This document shows positions 10,956 through 18,262 of a stretch of 64,000 nucleotides of DNA, piece by piece. Source of the DNA: an uncultured Bacilli bacterium. Its GTDB lineage: Bacteria; Bacillota_I; Bacilli_A; RF39; UBA660. The translations under genes and the position numbers were made by a program. The stretch spans positions 40,611 to 104,610 of the forward strand of contig CAKOMQ010000001.1 of NCBI GenBank assembly GCA_934096715.1. Reading direction: 5' to 3'. Numbering within the stretch: the stretch's first letter is position 1; each line of letters opens with the position of its first letter. The notes beneath the pieces were generated by a model that saw only the letters and a list, made by a program, of their open reading frames with translations, was not told where the DNA came from and did no database searches.

Positions 10956-11687
10956 TTACTTCTCCTTAAATATATTTTTATATGTTGTATAATTCGCTAT
11001 ATTTAATACATCATTAATAACTAGTCCACTTTTAGCATTCTTTTTAGCTTTAATAAGAATAATAGTTGGCTTTTTATTTTCATCAGTTTTAATTAATTGA
11101 ATTTTTTTAACTGGTATTTTATATTTTAAACCAAGACTAATTAACTCATCTAATCTACTGGAACGATGTACTAAATATAAATATCCCCCATCTTTAAGAT
11201 ATTTATAACTAATACGAAAAATATCTTCTAAAACCATTTTTTCTTCGTGTCGAGCTATACGTAAAATTTCATTATCATTTCTCATACTTTCTTCATTAAT
11301 TTTAAAAAATGGTGGATTACATGTTACTATATCATATATTTTATCTATATTAAATTCATTTATATTCTGATTAAAAACAGAAATATTATGTTCTAGATTA
11401 TTGTATTTTATTGATCTAATAGCTAAATCATAAATTTCTTCTTGAATTTCAACAGCATCTATTTTACATTTAGCTTTTGTAGTTAATACAAGCGGAATAA
11501 CAGAATTTCCGCTACATAAATCAAGAACTAGACTATTATCTTTTAGATTATCTATGTATTCAGCAAGTAATAAAGAATCAAGTGAAAATTTAAACCCACC
11601 AGAGTATTGATAAATATATCTATTTTCATAATCGTATAAATCATTTAATTCAATATTACTAGAATTTAATTTCTTCTTTATTTCCAT
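10956..11687 (-). CDS. Class I SAM-dependent methyltransferase, tRNA (adenine-N6) TrmN6/YabB-like
   Basis: 243 aa. NPPF catalytic motif (TCNPPFF). Position after yaaT as for B. subtilis yabB. Confidence 0.7.
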   Translation of the reverse strand: MEIKKKLNSSNIELNDLYDYENRYIYQYSGGFKFSLDSLLLAEYIDNLKDNSLVLDLCSGNSVIPLVLTTKAKCKIDAVEIQEEIYDLAIRSIKYNNLEHNISVFNQNINEFNIDKIYDIVTCNPPFFKINEESMRNDNEILRIARHEEKMVLEDIFRISYKYLKDGGYLYLVHRSSRLDELISLGLKYKIPVKKIQLIKTDENKKPTIILIKAKKNAKSGLVINDVLNIANYTTYKNIFKEK

Positions 11688-12423
11688 TTACTAATACTTT
11701 CACTTTCCTATTTAGAACATCTACATTAATAACTTGACCTTTACCTTTTTTAGTATCAATTTCTGTTTGTAAATTAGGAAGACCTTTAGAACATTCTAAA
11801 TATTGTTCATCTTCATAGGATAAACAGCACAAAAGTCTACCACATAATCCGTTAATTTTAGAAGGATTCAAAGCTAAGTTTTGATTTTTAGCCATATTCA
11901 TTGAGACAGCATCAATTTGTCTTAAAAACTTTTGACAACATATTTTTTGTCCACAAACTCCGATTCCACCTATTTCTTTAGCTTTATCCCTAGCCCCTAC
12001 TTGCCTAAGTTCAATACGTGTATGATAAATACTGGCTAATTTCTTAGCCAAATCTCTAAAATCTATTCTTTCATCAGAAACAAAATTAAATAAAAGTTGT
12101 GATTTATCGAAAGTAAAATTAGCACTTATAATATTCATGTTTAATGAAAGTTCATGAGCTATCTTTTTAGCATTCTTTAAAGCTTGATCACTTTCTTTTA
12201 AATTTTTATAAAATTTAGAATCATCTTCTTTAGTAGCTATTCTTATTATATTCTTTAATTCATCAAGATTTATATTATTTTTATTGATAATTCTATCTAC
12301 TTTTCCATACTGCATACCTTTTTCAGTTTCTACAATAACCGTTTGATTAACGTTAATACTATCCTCGCTTTTAAAATAATAAACTTTACCATTATCCTTA
12401 AATATTATTCCATACACCATCAT
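11659..12423 (-). CDS. ricT: PSP1-domain protein YaaT/RicT
   Basis: 254 aa. Cys-rich CGQKICCQ and CGRLLCC motifs. Follows holB. Confidence 0.85.
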   Translation of the reverse strand: MMVYGIIFKDNGKVYYFKSEDSINVNQTVIVETEKGMQYGKVDRIINKNNINLDELKNIIRIATKEDDSKFYKNLKESDQALKNAKKIAHELSLNMNIISANFTFDKSQLLFNFVSDERIDFRDLAKKLASIYHTRIELRQVGARDKAKEIGGIGVCGQKICCQKFLRQIDAVSMNMAKNQNLALNPSKINGLCGRLLCCLSYEDEQYLECSKGLPNLQTEIDTKKGKGQVINVDVLNRKVKVLVNGNKEEIKF

Positions 12424-13252
12424 GATTTATAACACCCATTTCTAATACAAATCTATCTAATAATAATTCTAAATTAACATTATAATTCAAATCTTCCAAC
12501 AATTTATTTATCAACATAGTTTTATACAAAAGTTTCCATCTGTCCTGATTAACAATAAAATAATAATCATCTTTATTAAATTCTGTTAATTGACTACTAT
12601 TTAGTGCAGATAAATAAATAGAAGATATAATTTTAAACAAATTTATTATATCAGATCTATCACTAAATTTTAATAATAATTTTTTATTTAATAATATACT
12701 TTCGTTATTTTCTTCAATAGAATACAAATAATCATGAATGTCATTTAAATAATTGTCAAATTTATCTGAATTAATTCCTAAAATTTCATTAATATTATAA
12801 TTTTCATAATAACAATTTATCTGTTCACATCTACTAGTAATAGTATTAATAATATTATACTTATCATTTGTAATAAAAAAACCATAAGTTCCTTCAGTAG
12901 GTTCTTCCAAAAATTTTAAAATACTATTACAAGATTCTTTATTCATTTTTTCAGCATTCACAATAATATAAACTTTAATATCAGAAAATAATGAAGTCAT
13001 TGAAAATTTATATCTAAGTTCCTTTATTTGATCTTTTTTTATAAATTTACCATCAGGTTTAATTATTAAAAGATTAGGAAAGTCGTTAGTATCAATTAAA
13101 TGCTTAAAAGAATCATCATTATAGAATTCTTTAATAATGTTTATTAAATCATTTAAACAATTATCTACATTATTTGTAGATATTAAGTAAGCATGCGCTA
13201 GTGTATTATTATTGAATAGTTTTAAAATATCATTTAATTTATTATTTTCCAT
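12398..13252 (-). CDS. holB: DNA polymerase III delta-prime subunit
   Basis: 284 aa, AAA+ clamp-loader-like. Synteny holB-yaaT. Confidence 0.75.
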   Translation of the reverse strand: MENNKLNDILKLFNNNTLAHAYLISTNNVDNCLNDLINIIKEFYNDDSFKHLIDTNDFPNLLIIKPDGKFIKKDQIKELRYKFSMTSLFSDIKVYIIVNAEKMNKESCNSILKFLEEPTEGTYGFFITNDKYNIINTITSRCEQINCYYENYNINEILGINSDKFDNYLNDIHDYLYSIEENNESILLNKKLLLKFSDRSDIINLFKIISSIYLSALNSSQLTEFNKDDYYFIVNQDRWKLLYKTMLINKLLEDLNYNVNLELLLDRFVLEMGVINHDGVWNNI

Positions 13253-13256
13253 ACAA

Positions 13257-13454
13257 CTAATTTAAAATAAAAAAGATAGAATATAATGATAAAATACCTG
13301 GAACACCTAATAAAGATGATACAAGTATGGTAGGTATATTTATAGGTATAAAAATATTCATACTATCTAAAAGTATATTTAAACCATAAATTACCCCGAA
13401 TGAAAACAGTACATTTCTAAATATTTTTTTAATTATTTTCATATTATCACTCAT
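13257..13454 (-). CDS. bofA: Pro-sigma-K processing inhibitor BofA-like membrane protein
   Basis: 65 aa, two TM segments, ..INIPTILVSSLLGVPGILSL.. resembles the BofA family. Lies directly after recR, as bofA does in B. subtilis. Confidence 0.6.
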   Translation of the reverse strand: MSDNMKIIKKIFRNVLFSFGVIYGLNILLDSMNIFIPINIPTILVSSLLGVPGILSLYSIFFILN

Positions 13455-13486
13455 TAAAATAATATTACTTTAAATCTTTTTTATTC

Positions 13487-14086
13487 CTAAAATAATTCCT
13501 TTCTATCTTCTAATGCTTTTGATAATGTAATAACATCTAAATAATCGATTTCAGCGCCCATTGGTAAACCATAAGATAACCTAGAAACTTTTATTCCTTT
13601 ATTTTCAAATATCTTTTTTATATAAAGAATTGTTGTTTCTCCTTCAATTGATGATTTTAATGCTAATATCAATTCAACATTTTTATTATTATTAACTCTT
13701 TTTACAAGAGAATTTATATTAATATCATCAGGACCAATATTATCCATCGGCGATATTAGTCCATTCAAGACATGATATGTACCGCGGTAATTTCCTACTT
13801 TTTCAAATGAAAAAACACTTTTAAAATCTTCAATAACACAAATAATGCTTTTATCTCTAGTTTCATCACTACAAATATTGCACACTTCGTTATCAGTAAG
13901 GTGTCCACAAATTTTACATGGTCTTAATACTTCTTTGGCAATCATTAAATCACTAGAAAAATCAGAAATTTCTTCTGAGTCTAAATTTATAGTCGCTAAT
14001 GCCAATCTTTCTGCATTTTTTTCTCCAATTCCAGGGAGTAACTTATAATAATTGATTAGCTTTTGTAAGGATTCTGGATATATCAT
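13487..14086 (-). CDS. recR: Recombination protein RecR
   Basis: HhH LPGIGEKNAERLA, C4 zinc finger CKICGHLTDNEVCNIC, Toprim domain. Start moved to the ATG at 14086 (MIYPESL..), which aligns with the RecR N-terminus. The ORF track starts 5 codons earlier (14101). Confidence 0.9.
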   Translation of the reverse strand: MIYPESLQKLINYYKLLPGIGEKNAERLALATINLDSEEISDFSSDLMIAKEVLRPCKICGHLTDNEVCNICSDETRDKSIICVIEDFKSVFSFEKVGNYRGTYHVLNGLISPMDNIGPDDININSLVKRVNNNKNVELILALKSSIEGETTILYIKKIFENKGIKVSRLSYGLPMGAEIDYLDVITLSKALEDRKELF

Positions 14087-14087
14087 T

Positions 14088-14387
14088 TTACATAAAACCA
14101 TTTAATGCATTTGCATATTGACCAAGTTTTTTAGTTGTTTCTTCATTAATTTTTGTATAGGCATCATTTATAGCAATAGATATCATATCTTCAAGTATTT
14201 CTTTGTCATCTACATCTACTGGAAATTCTTTAGTTATTTTAACATTTTTCAAGTTCTTACTACCATCAAAAGTAACTTCCACCCATTCGCTCTTTCCAAT
14301 AAAATCCATCTTATCAAGTTCATTCTTCTTGTTTTGGATATCCCTTTGCATTTTTTGCGCTTGTGCCATTAAGTTTTGCATATTCAT
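14088..14387 (-). CDS. ebfC: Nucleoid-associated protein YbaB/EbfC
   Basis: 99 aa. Conserved dnaX-ebfC-recR order. Confidence 0.9.
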   Translation of the reverse strand: MNMQNLMAQAQKMQRDIQNKKNELDKMDFIGKSEWVEVTFDGSKNLKNVKITKEFPVDVDDKEILEDMISIAINDAYTKINEETTKKLGQYANALNGFM

Positions 14388-14403
14388 ACTGTTTTCCTTC
14401 TTT

Positions 14404-15960
14404 CTATGTAATTTCTATTTTACTATTTGAGAATAATCCATTTGTAATCGTTAATTCTTCATATGTATCAAAATTATCATCTAATAATTGATATTTTATT
14501 CCAGCCCTTACATTAGCAATATATTTTTCTTTTTCTTCTTGCCAATTTTCAGCAGTTATAAATACAATTTTTTTATTTATTTTATTTTCAATAATGTTCC
14601 TTTTTTCATTTAAGTTATCAGCAATTCTAATATTATTTGCTTCAAATATTGCATACTCTTTAGATGACGCTACAGGAACAACATCCATTAATAAAGAACT
14701 AATACTATGTTCAAAAGCACTAGTATCTAATAGACTTTTGAAAACCGTTTTTGTATTTTCCAATTCTTCCTTTTTAGCATCTACAAAACAGTTGTTAATA
14801 CGAATTTTAATTAAATTAGTATAATCAAAATCGTCTTTTTTGTCCAAAGTAGAATTTTCAGAGATTTCAACTCCATGTTCTTCTTGCTCACTGACACAAT
14901 CTAATAAAGTAATTTTAGGTGTATCAGAAATATTTTGAATTTTCATATACTTAAGTAATGTTAATTCCAATATTACAAAAGGATCAACATTTATATTTAT
15001 TTTATTAAGAGTGTCTATTAGATCAAGAGTTAAATTATAATAATCAATATAATTCTTATTCGATTTAGTTTTATTTAATTTAATCTTCTCAGCCATATTT
15101 ACAAAAGAGTTAATAATTTTCTTAATAAAATATTTATATTCGATATTATTTTTCTTAATTGAATCAATAATTTTAATAATACTATCACAATCATCTGCTT
15201 CAAACGAAGTAATTATTTTGCTTATTTCAGCAATAGAAACCATTCTTAACTCTGAATCAATGGTTTTAACTGTAATTTTTTCATTATTTTTAGAAAGTTG
15301 GTCTAAAATACTTAGTGCATCTCTTAAACCACCTTCACAAATATCAGCAATTTCAGAAATTGCATCATTATCTATATCTATTTTTTCACACTTACATATA
15401 AACTTTAATCTTTCAACAATACAATTTATACTAATTTTCGAGAAATCGTATCTCTGACATCTAGATAATATTGTAATAGGAACATTTTCTATATTAGTTG
15501 TTGCAAATATAAAAATAACATGTTTAGGTGGTTCTTCTAACGTAAGCAATAAAGCATTGAACGCATTAATAGAAAGCATGTGCACTTCATCAATTATGTA
15601 AACCTTATATTTACCATTAGTCGGAGTTAGTTTAACATTATCAATAAGTTCACGAATTTGATCGACACCATTATGCGACGCGGCATCTATTTCAATAATG
15701 TCAGGATTTTCATTATAATTTTTGCAAAAATCGCATTCATTACATGGATTTCCATTATTAGGATTAATGCAATTAATTGCTTTTGCAAATACCTTTGCAG
15801 TTGATGTTTTTCCAGTACCCCTCGAACCAGAAAAAATGTACGCATGTGAAATATTACCGCTAATAATTGAGTTTTTTAAAGCAGTAGTGATATATTCTTG
15901 ACCAACAATATTATCAAAATTATCCGGTCTATATTTTCTGTACAATACTTTATAATCCAT
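14404..15960 (-). CDS. dnaX: DNA polymerase III gamma/tau subunit
   Basis: Walker A GSRGTGKTS, zinc module CNECDFC, SRC motif ILSRCQRYDF. Start set at ATG 15960 (MDYKVLYRKYRP), preceded by AGGAGA with a 7 nt spacer. Confidence 0.95.
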   Translation of the reverse strand: MDYKVLYRKYRPDNFDNIVGQEYITTALKNSIISGNISHAYIFSGSRGTGKTSTAKVFAKAINCINPNNGNPCNECDFCKNYNENPDIIEIDAASHNGVDQIRELIDNVKLTPTNGKYKVYIIDEVHMLSINAFNALLLTLEEPPKHVIFIFATTNIENVPITILSRCQRYDFSKISINCIVERLKFICKCEKIDIDNDAISEIADICEGGLRDALSILDQLSKNNEKITVKTIDSELRMVSIAEISKIITSFEADDCDSIIKIIDSIKKNNIEYKYFIKKIINSFVNMAEKIKLNKTKSNKNYIDYYNLTLDLIDTLNKININVDPFVILELTLLKYMKIQNISDTPKITLLDCVSEQEEHGVEISENSTLDKKDDFDYTNLIKIRINNCFVDAKKEELENTKTVFKSLLDTSAFEHSISSLLMDVVPVASSKEYAIFEANNIRIADNLNEKRNIIENKINKKIVFITAENWQEEKEKYIANVRAGIKYQLLDDNFDTYEELTITNGLFSNSKIEIT

Positions 15961-16048
15961 GACAAAATCTCCTGTTAACATTGTATCAAAAATATTAAAA
16001 AAAGTCTTTATTTTTTTAAGTAAATCTTAAACAATAAATTTATAACCA

Positions 16049-16462
16049 TTATTTTTTTAAAGAATTAAAAAAATTGTGTAATTCATTTTTATATTCGTTT
16101 TTATATTGTTGAAAATCATTTAATTCTGTGAAAGTTGTGTTAAAATCAGACTTATAATCAAGTTTTTTTAGTAAATAATAAGCATTCCTAATTTTAACCG
16201 AATTAATTAAGCTTTTGCACATGTTACACGGCTCAAGGGTTGAATAAATTTCACAGTCAAACAAATTATTTCTTTTTAATTTTTTACAAGCCATTTTTAT
16301 AACTAATATTTCTGCATGATTAAATGGATTATGACACTTTTCCTTAGTATTATGAGCTTTAGCTATCACTTTACCATTTAGTATCAAAAAAGCACTAACA
16401 GGTACGTCTCCAAATTTAGAACATTTTTTTAATTCTTTATTAAAAATATTAATTACATTCAA
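16049..16462 (-). CDS. tadA: tRNA-specific adenosine deaminase
   Basis: HAE and PCNMC zinc-deaminase motifs. The ORF-track N-terminus (to 16516) overlaps the SRP RNA, so the start was moved to TTG 16462, which follows AGGTGA. The exact start is uncertain. Confidence 0.8.
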   Translation of the reverse strand: MNVINIFNKELKKCSKFGDVPVSAFLILNGKVIAKAHNTKEKCHNPFNHAEILVIKMACKKLKRNNLFDCEIYSTLEPCNMCKSLINSVKIRNAYYLLKKLDYKSDFNTTFTELNDFQQYKNEYKNELHNFFNSLKK

Positions 16463-16499
16463 AATATCACCTACAAACAAACGTTTTATTACTAAATAT

Positions 16500-16580
16500 A
16501 AAAAATGCACACACAAACAGGGATTGATGTGGCTGCTGTATTCCTACTCTGACCAGATTACAATATATTTGTTGTGCAAT
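16500..16580 (-). ncRNA. ffs: Small (4.5S-type) signal recognition particle RNA
   Basis: Minus-strand read: UGCACAACAAA..CUGGUCAGAGUAGGAAUACAGCAGCCACAUC..UUUGUGUGUGCA followed by UUUUUU. Domain IV core GGUCAG-AGUA-GGAA-UAC-AGCAGCC matches E. coli GGUCAG-GUCC-GGAA-GGA-AGCAGCC with compensatory stem changes. The termini pair with each other. Adjacent to tadA and dnaX as scr is in Bacilli. Confidence 0.85.
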
Positions 16581-16583
16581 ATA

Positions 16584-16611
16584 ATTGTATCATATATTTT
16601 AATCATTACAA
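16584..16611 (-). promoter_or_regulatory. Sigma-A type promoter for ffs
   Basis: On the minus strand: -35 TTGTAA (16611-16606), 16 nt spacer, extended -10 TGATACAAT (-10 hexamer at 16589-16584). This puts the start about 6 nt before UGCACAAC. Confidence 0.6.
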
Positions 16612-16625
16612 TAATTTTTCAGCAA

Positions 16626-16641
16626 TGTTTCACGTGAAACA
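16626..16641. promoter_or_regulatory. parS site 1 (perfect TGTTTCACGTGAAACA), type I flank
   Basis: Exact 16-mer, read directly from the sequence. Confidence 0.9.
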
Positions 16642-16670
16642 TAAAAAATATAATTTAAAAATTACAAAAA

Positions 16671-16686
16671 TATTTCCCGGGAAATA
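16671..16686. promoter_or_regulatory. NBS-type palindrome 1 (perfect TATTTCCCGGGAAATA)
   Basis: Exact 16-mer, 45 bp centre-to-centre from parS 1. Confidence 0.85.
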
Positions 16687-16717
16687 TTTTTTTAACCAAT
16701 TCTCTAGAAATTTGTCT

Positions 16718-16731
16718 GGGAAATATTTCCC
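16718..16731. promoter_or_regulatory. Everted-NBS palindrome 1 (GGGAAATATTTCCC)
   Basis: Exact 14-mer, 46 bp from NBS 1. Confidence 0.8.
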
Positions 16732-16791
16732 AAAGCATTAAATTATATATAGTGAATAATAATTATTAAACAAATATTTAACTATTAACAA

Positions 16792-16807
16792 TGTTTCACG
16801 TGAAACA
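16792..16807. promoter_or_regulatory. parS site 2 (perfect), type II flank
   Basis: Exact 16-mer, read directly from the sequence. Confidence 0.9.
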
Positions 16808-16939
16808 TAGAATATAATATGATCTAATTTTAACTAATTATTAATTAATATAAAATAAATATAACATTAAAAAAGCTATTATTATTAACACTAAATTATA
16901 TTATTAATTATTATTTAATAAACAATTGATTTTCAACAA

Positions 16940-16955
16940 TGTTTCACGTGAAACA
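16940..16955. promoter_or_regulatory. parS site 3 (perfect), type I flank
   Basis: Exact 16-mer, read directly from the sequence. Confidence 0.9.
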
Positions 16956-16986
16956 TTAAAAATATAATTTAAAAATAATTGAAAAT

Positions 16987-17002
16987 TATTTCCCGGGAAA
17001 TA
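16987..17002. promoter_or_regulatory. NBS-type palindrome 2 (perfect)
   Basis: Exact 16-mer, 47 bp from parS 3. Confidence 0.85.
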
Positions 17003-17031
17003 TTTTTTACCAATTCTCTAGAAATTCGCTT

Positions 17032-17045
17032 GGGAAATATTTCCC
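17032..17045. promoter_or_regulatory. Everted-NBS palindrome 2
   Basis: Exact 14-mer inside the 22 bp perfect palindrome GCTTGGGAAATATTTCCCAAGC. Confidence 0.8.
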
Positions 17046-17217
17046 AAGCATTAAATGAATTATAATTTCCATTAACAAAAAATAAATAATCGTCTAACTA
17101 TTAATAATAATGAGTGTGAAACAAAATAAGTAATTATACACTAAAAAATTTAATTATACCTATATTTAATATTCTGTATTTGAAAATAACAATTAATAAA
17201 GAGCTATGCAATGTCAA

Positions 17218-17233
17218 TGTTTCACGTGAAACA
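17218..17233. promoter_or_regulatory. parS site 4 (perfect), type II flank
   Basis: Exact 16-mer, read directly from the sequence. Confidence 0.9.
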
Positions 17234-17360
17234 TATGATATAATATGATCTAATTTTAACTAATTATTAATTATATATAAAATATATATAACATTAAAGC
17301 TATTATTAATACTAAATTAAATTTATATTTATTATTTAATAAGCAATAAAATTTCAACAA

Positions 17361-17376
17361 TGTTTCACGTGAAACA
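17361..17376. promoter_or_regulatory. parS site 5 (perfect), type I flank
   Basis: Exact 16-mer, read directly from the sequence. Confidence 0.9.
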
Positions 17377-17406
17377 TTAAAAATATAACTAAAAAATGAA
17401 CAAAAT

Positions 17407-17422
17407 TATTTCCCGGGAAATA
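17407..17422. promoter_or_regulatory. NBS-type palindrome 3 (perfect)
   Basis: Exact 16-mer, 46 bp from parS 5. Extended palindrome AAAATTATTTCCCGGGAAATAATTTT. Confidence 0.85.
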
Positions 17423-17453
17423 ATTTTATTACCAATTCTCTGGAAATTCGTAT

Positions 17454-17467
17454 GGGAAATATTTCCC
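17454..17467. promoter_or_regulatory. Everted-NBS palindrome 3
   Basis: Exact 14-mer, 46 bp from NBS 3. Confidence 0.8.
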
Positions 17468-17527
17468 AAAGCATTAAATTAAATATAGTAAATAATTAAT
17501 ATTAAACAAATGATTAACTATTAACAA

Positions 17528-17543
17528 TGTTTCACGTGAAACA
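17528..17543. promoter_or_regulatory. parS site 6 (perfect), type II flank
   Basis: Exact 16-mer, read directly from the sequence. Confidence 0.9.
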
Positions 17544-17671
17544 TATGATATAATATGATCTAATTTTAACTAATTATAAATATAAATAAAATAATATAAC
17601 AATAAAGTTATTTTTATTAATACTAAATTATATAAATGATTACTATTTAATAAACTATAATTTTTCAACAA

Positions 17672-17687
17672 TGTTTCACGTGAAACA
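17672..17687. promoter_or_regulatory. parS site 7 (perfect), type I flank
   Basis: Exact 16-mer, read directly from the sequence. Confidence 0.9.
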
Positions 17688-17717
17688 TTAAAAATATAAT
17701 TTAAAAATAAGTAAAAT

Positions 17718-17733
17718 TATTTCCCGGGAAATA
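17718..17733. promoter_or_regulatory. NBS-type palindrome 4 (perfect)
   Basis: Exact 16-mer, 46 bp from parS 7. Confidence 0.85.
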
Positions 17734-17764
17734 ATTTTATTACCAATTCTGTAGAAATTCGCTT

Positions 17765-17778
17765 GGGAAATATTTCCC
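17765..17778. promoter_or_regulatory. Everted-NBS palindrome 4
   Basis: Exact 14-mer inside a 22 bp perfect palindrome. Confidence 0.8.
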
Positions 17779-17949
17779 AAGCATTAAGTGAATTATAATT
17801 TTCATTAACGAAAAATAAATAATCGTTAACTATTAATAATAATGAGTGTGAAACAAAATACGTAATTATACACAAAAAAATCTAATTATACTTACATTTA
17901 ATATTTTTTATTTAAAAATAGAAATTAACAAAGAACTATATATTGCCAA

Positions 17950-17965
17950 TGTTTCACGTGAAACA
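17950..17965. promoter_or_regulatory. parS site 8 (perfect), hybrid flanks (left type II-long, right type I)
   Basis: Exact 16-mer. Flank comparison suggests a recombinant junction. Confidence 0.9.
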
Positions 17966-17995
17966 TTAAAAGTATAAATTAAAAATGAGTAAAAT

Positions 17996-18011
17996 TATTT
18001 CCCGGGAAATA
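17996..18011. promoter_or_regulatory. NBS-type palindrome 5 (perfect)
   Basis: Exact 16-mer, 46 bp from parS 8. Confidence 0.85.
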
Positions 18012-18041
18012 ATTTTTAACCGATCTTCTAGAAATTTACTT

Positions 18042-18055
18042 GGGAAATATTTCCC
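18042..18055. promoter_or_regulatory. Everted-NBS palindrome 5
   Basis: Exact 14-mer, 45 bp from NBS 5. Confidence 0.8.
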
Positions 18056-18195
18056 AAAAAGTATAATTTTAATTTCACCACTATCTATTAAAGGCGTTAG
18101 GCATTAATATAATTTAAAAAATAATAAATGTTGAGAATTTATTAAAATAATAAAACAAACGTATTTTCGTAATCTCTTTTAAATTTAATTAAAAT

Positions 18196-18211
18196 TATTT
18201 CCCGGGAAATA
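18196..18211. promoter_or_regulatory. NBS-type palindrome 6 (perfect), no partner parS
   Basis: Exact 16-mer. Confidence 0.85.
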
Positions 18212-18242
18212 ATTTTATTACCAATTCTCTAGAAATTCGCTT

Positions 18243-18256
18243 GGGAAATATTTCCC
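18243..18256. promoter_or_regulatory. Everted-NBS palindrome 6
   Basis: Exact 14-mer, 46 bp from NBS 6 and 28 bp from NBS 7. Confidence 0.8.
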
Positions 18257-18262
18257 AAAAAG

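Noticed and set aside
11659-12423. 26-29 nt overlaps between holB/yaaT and yaaT/methyltransferase, considered as possible frameshift or fusion signals.
   Set aside because: Both downstream proteins start with family-typical N-termini at the overlapping ATGs. Short overlaps are normal in compact operons.
16463-16516. N-terminal 18 codons of the ORF-track tadA (start 16516).
   Set aside because: They overlap the 3' half and U-tail of the SRP RNA and encode an implausible hydrophobic peptide. An AGGTGA-TTG start at 16462 is available.
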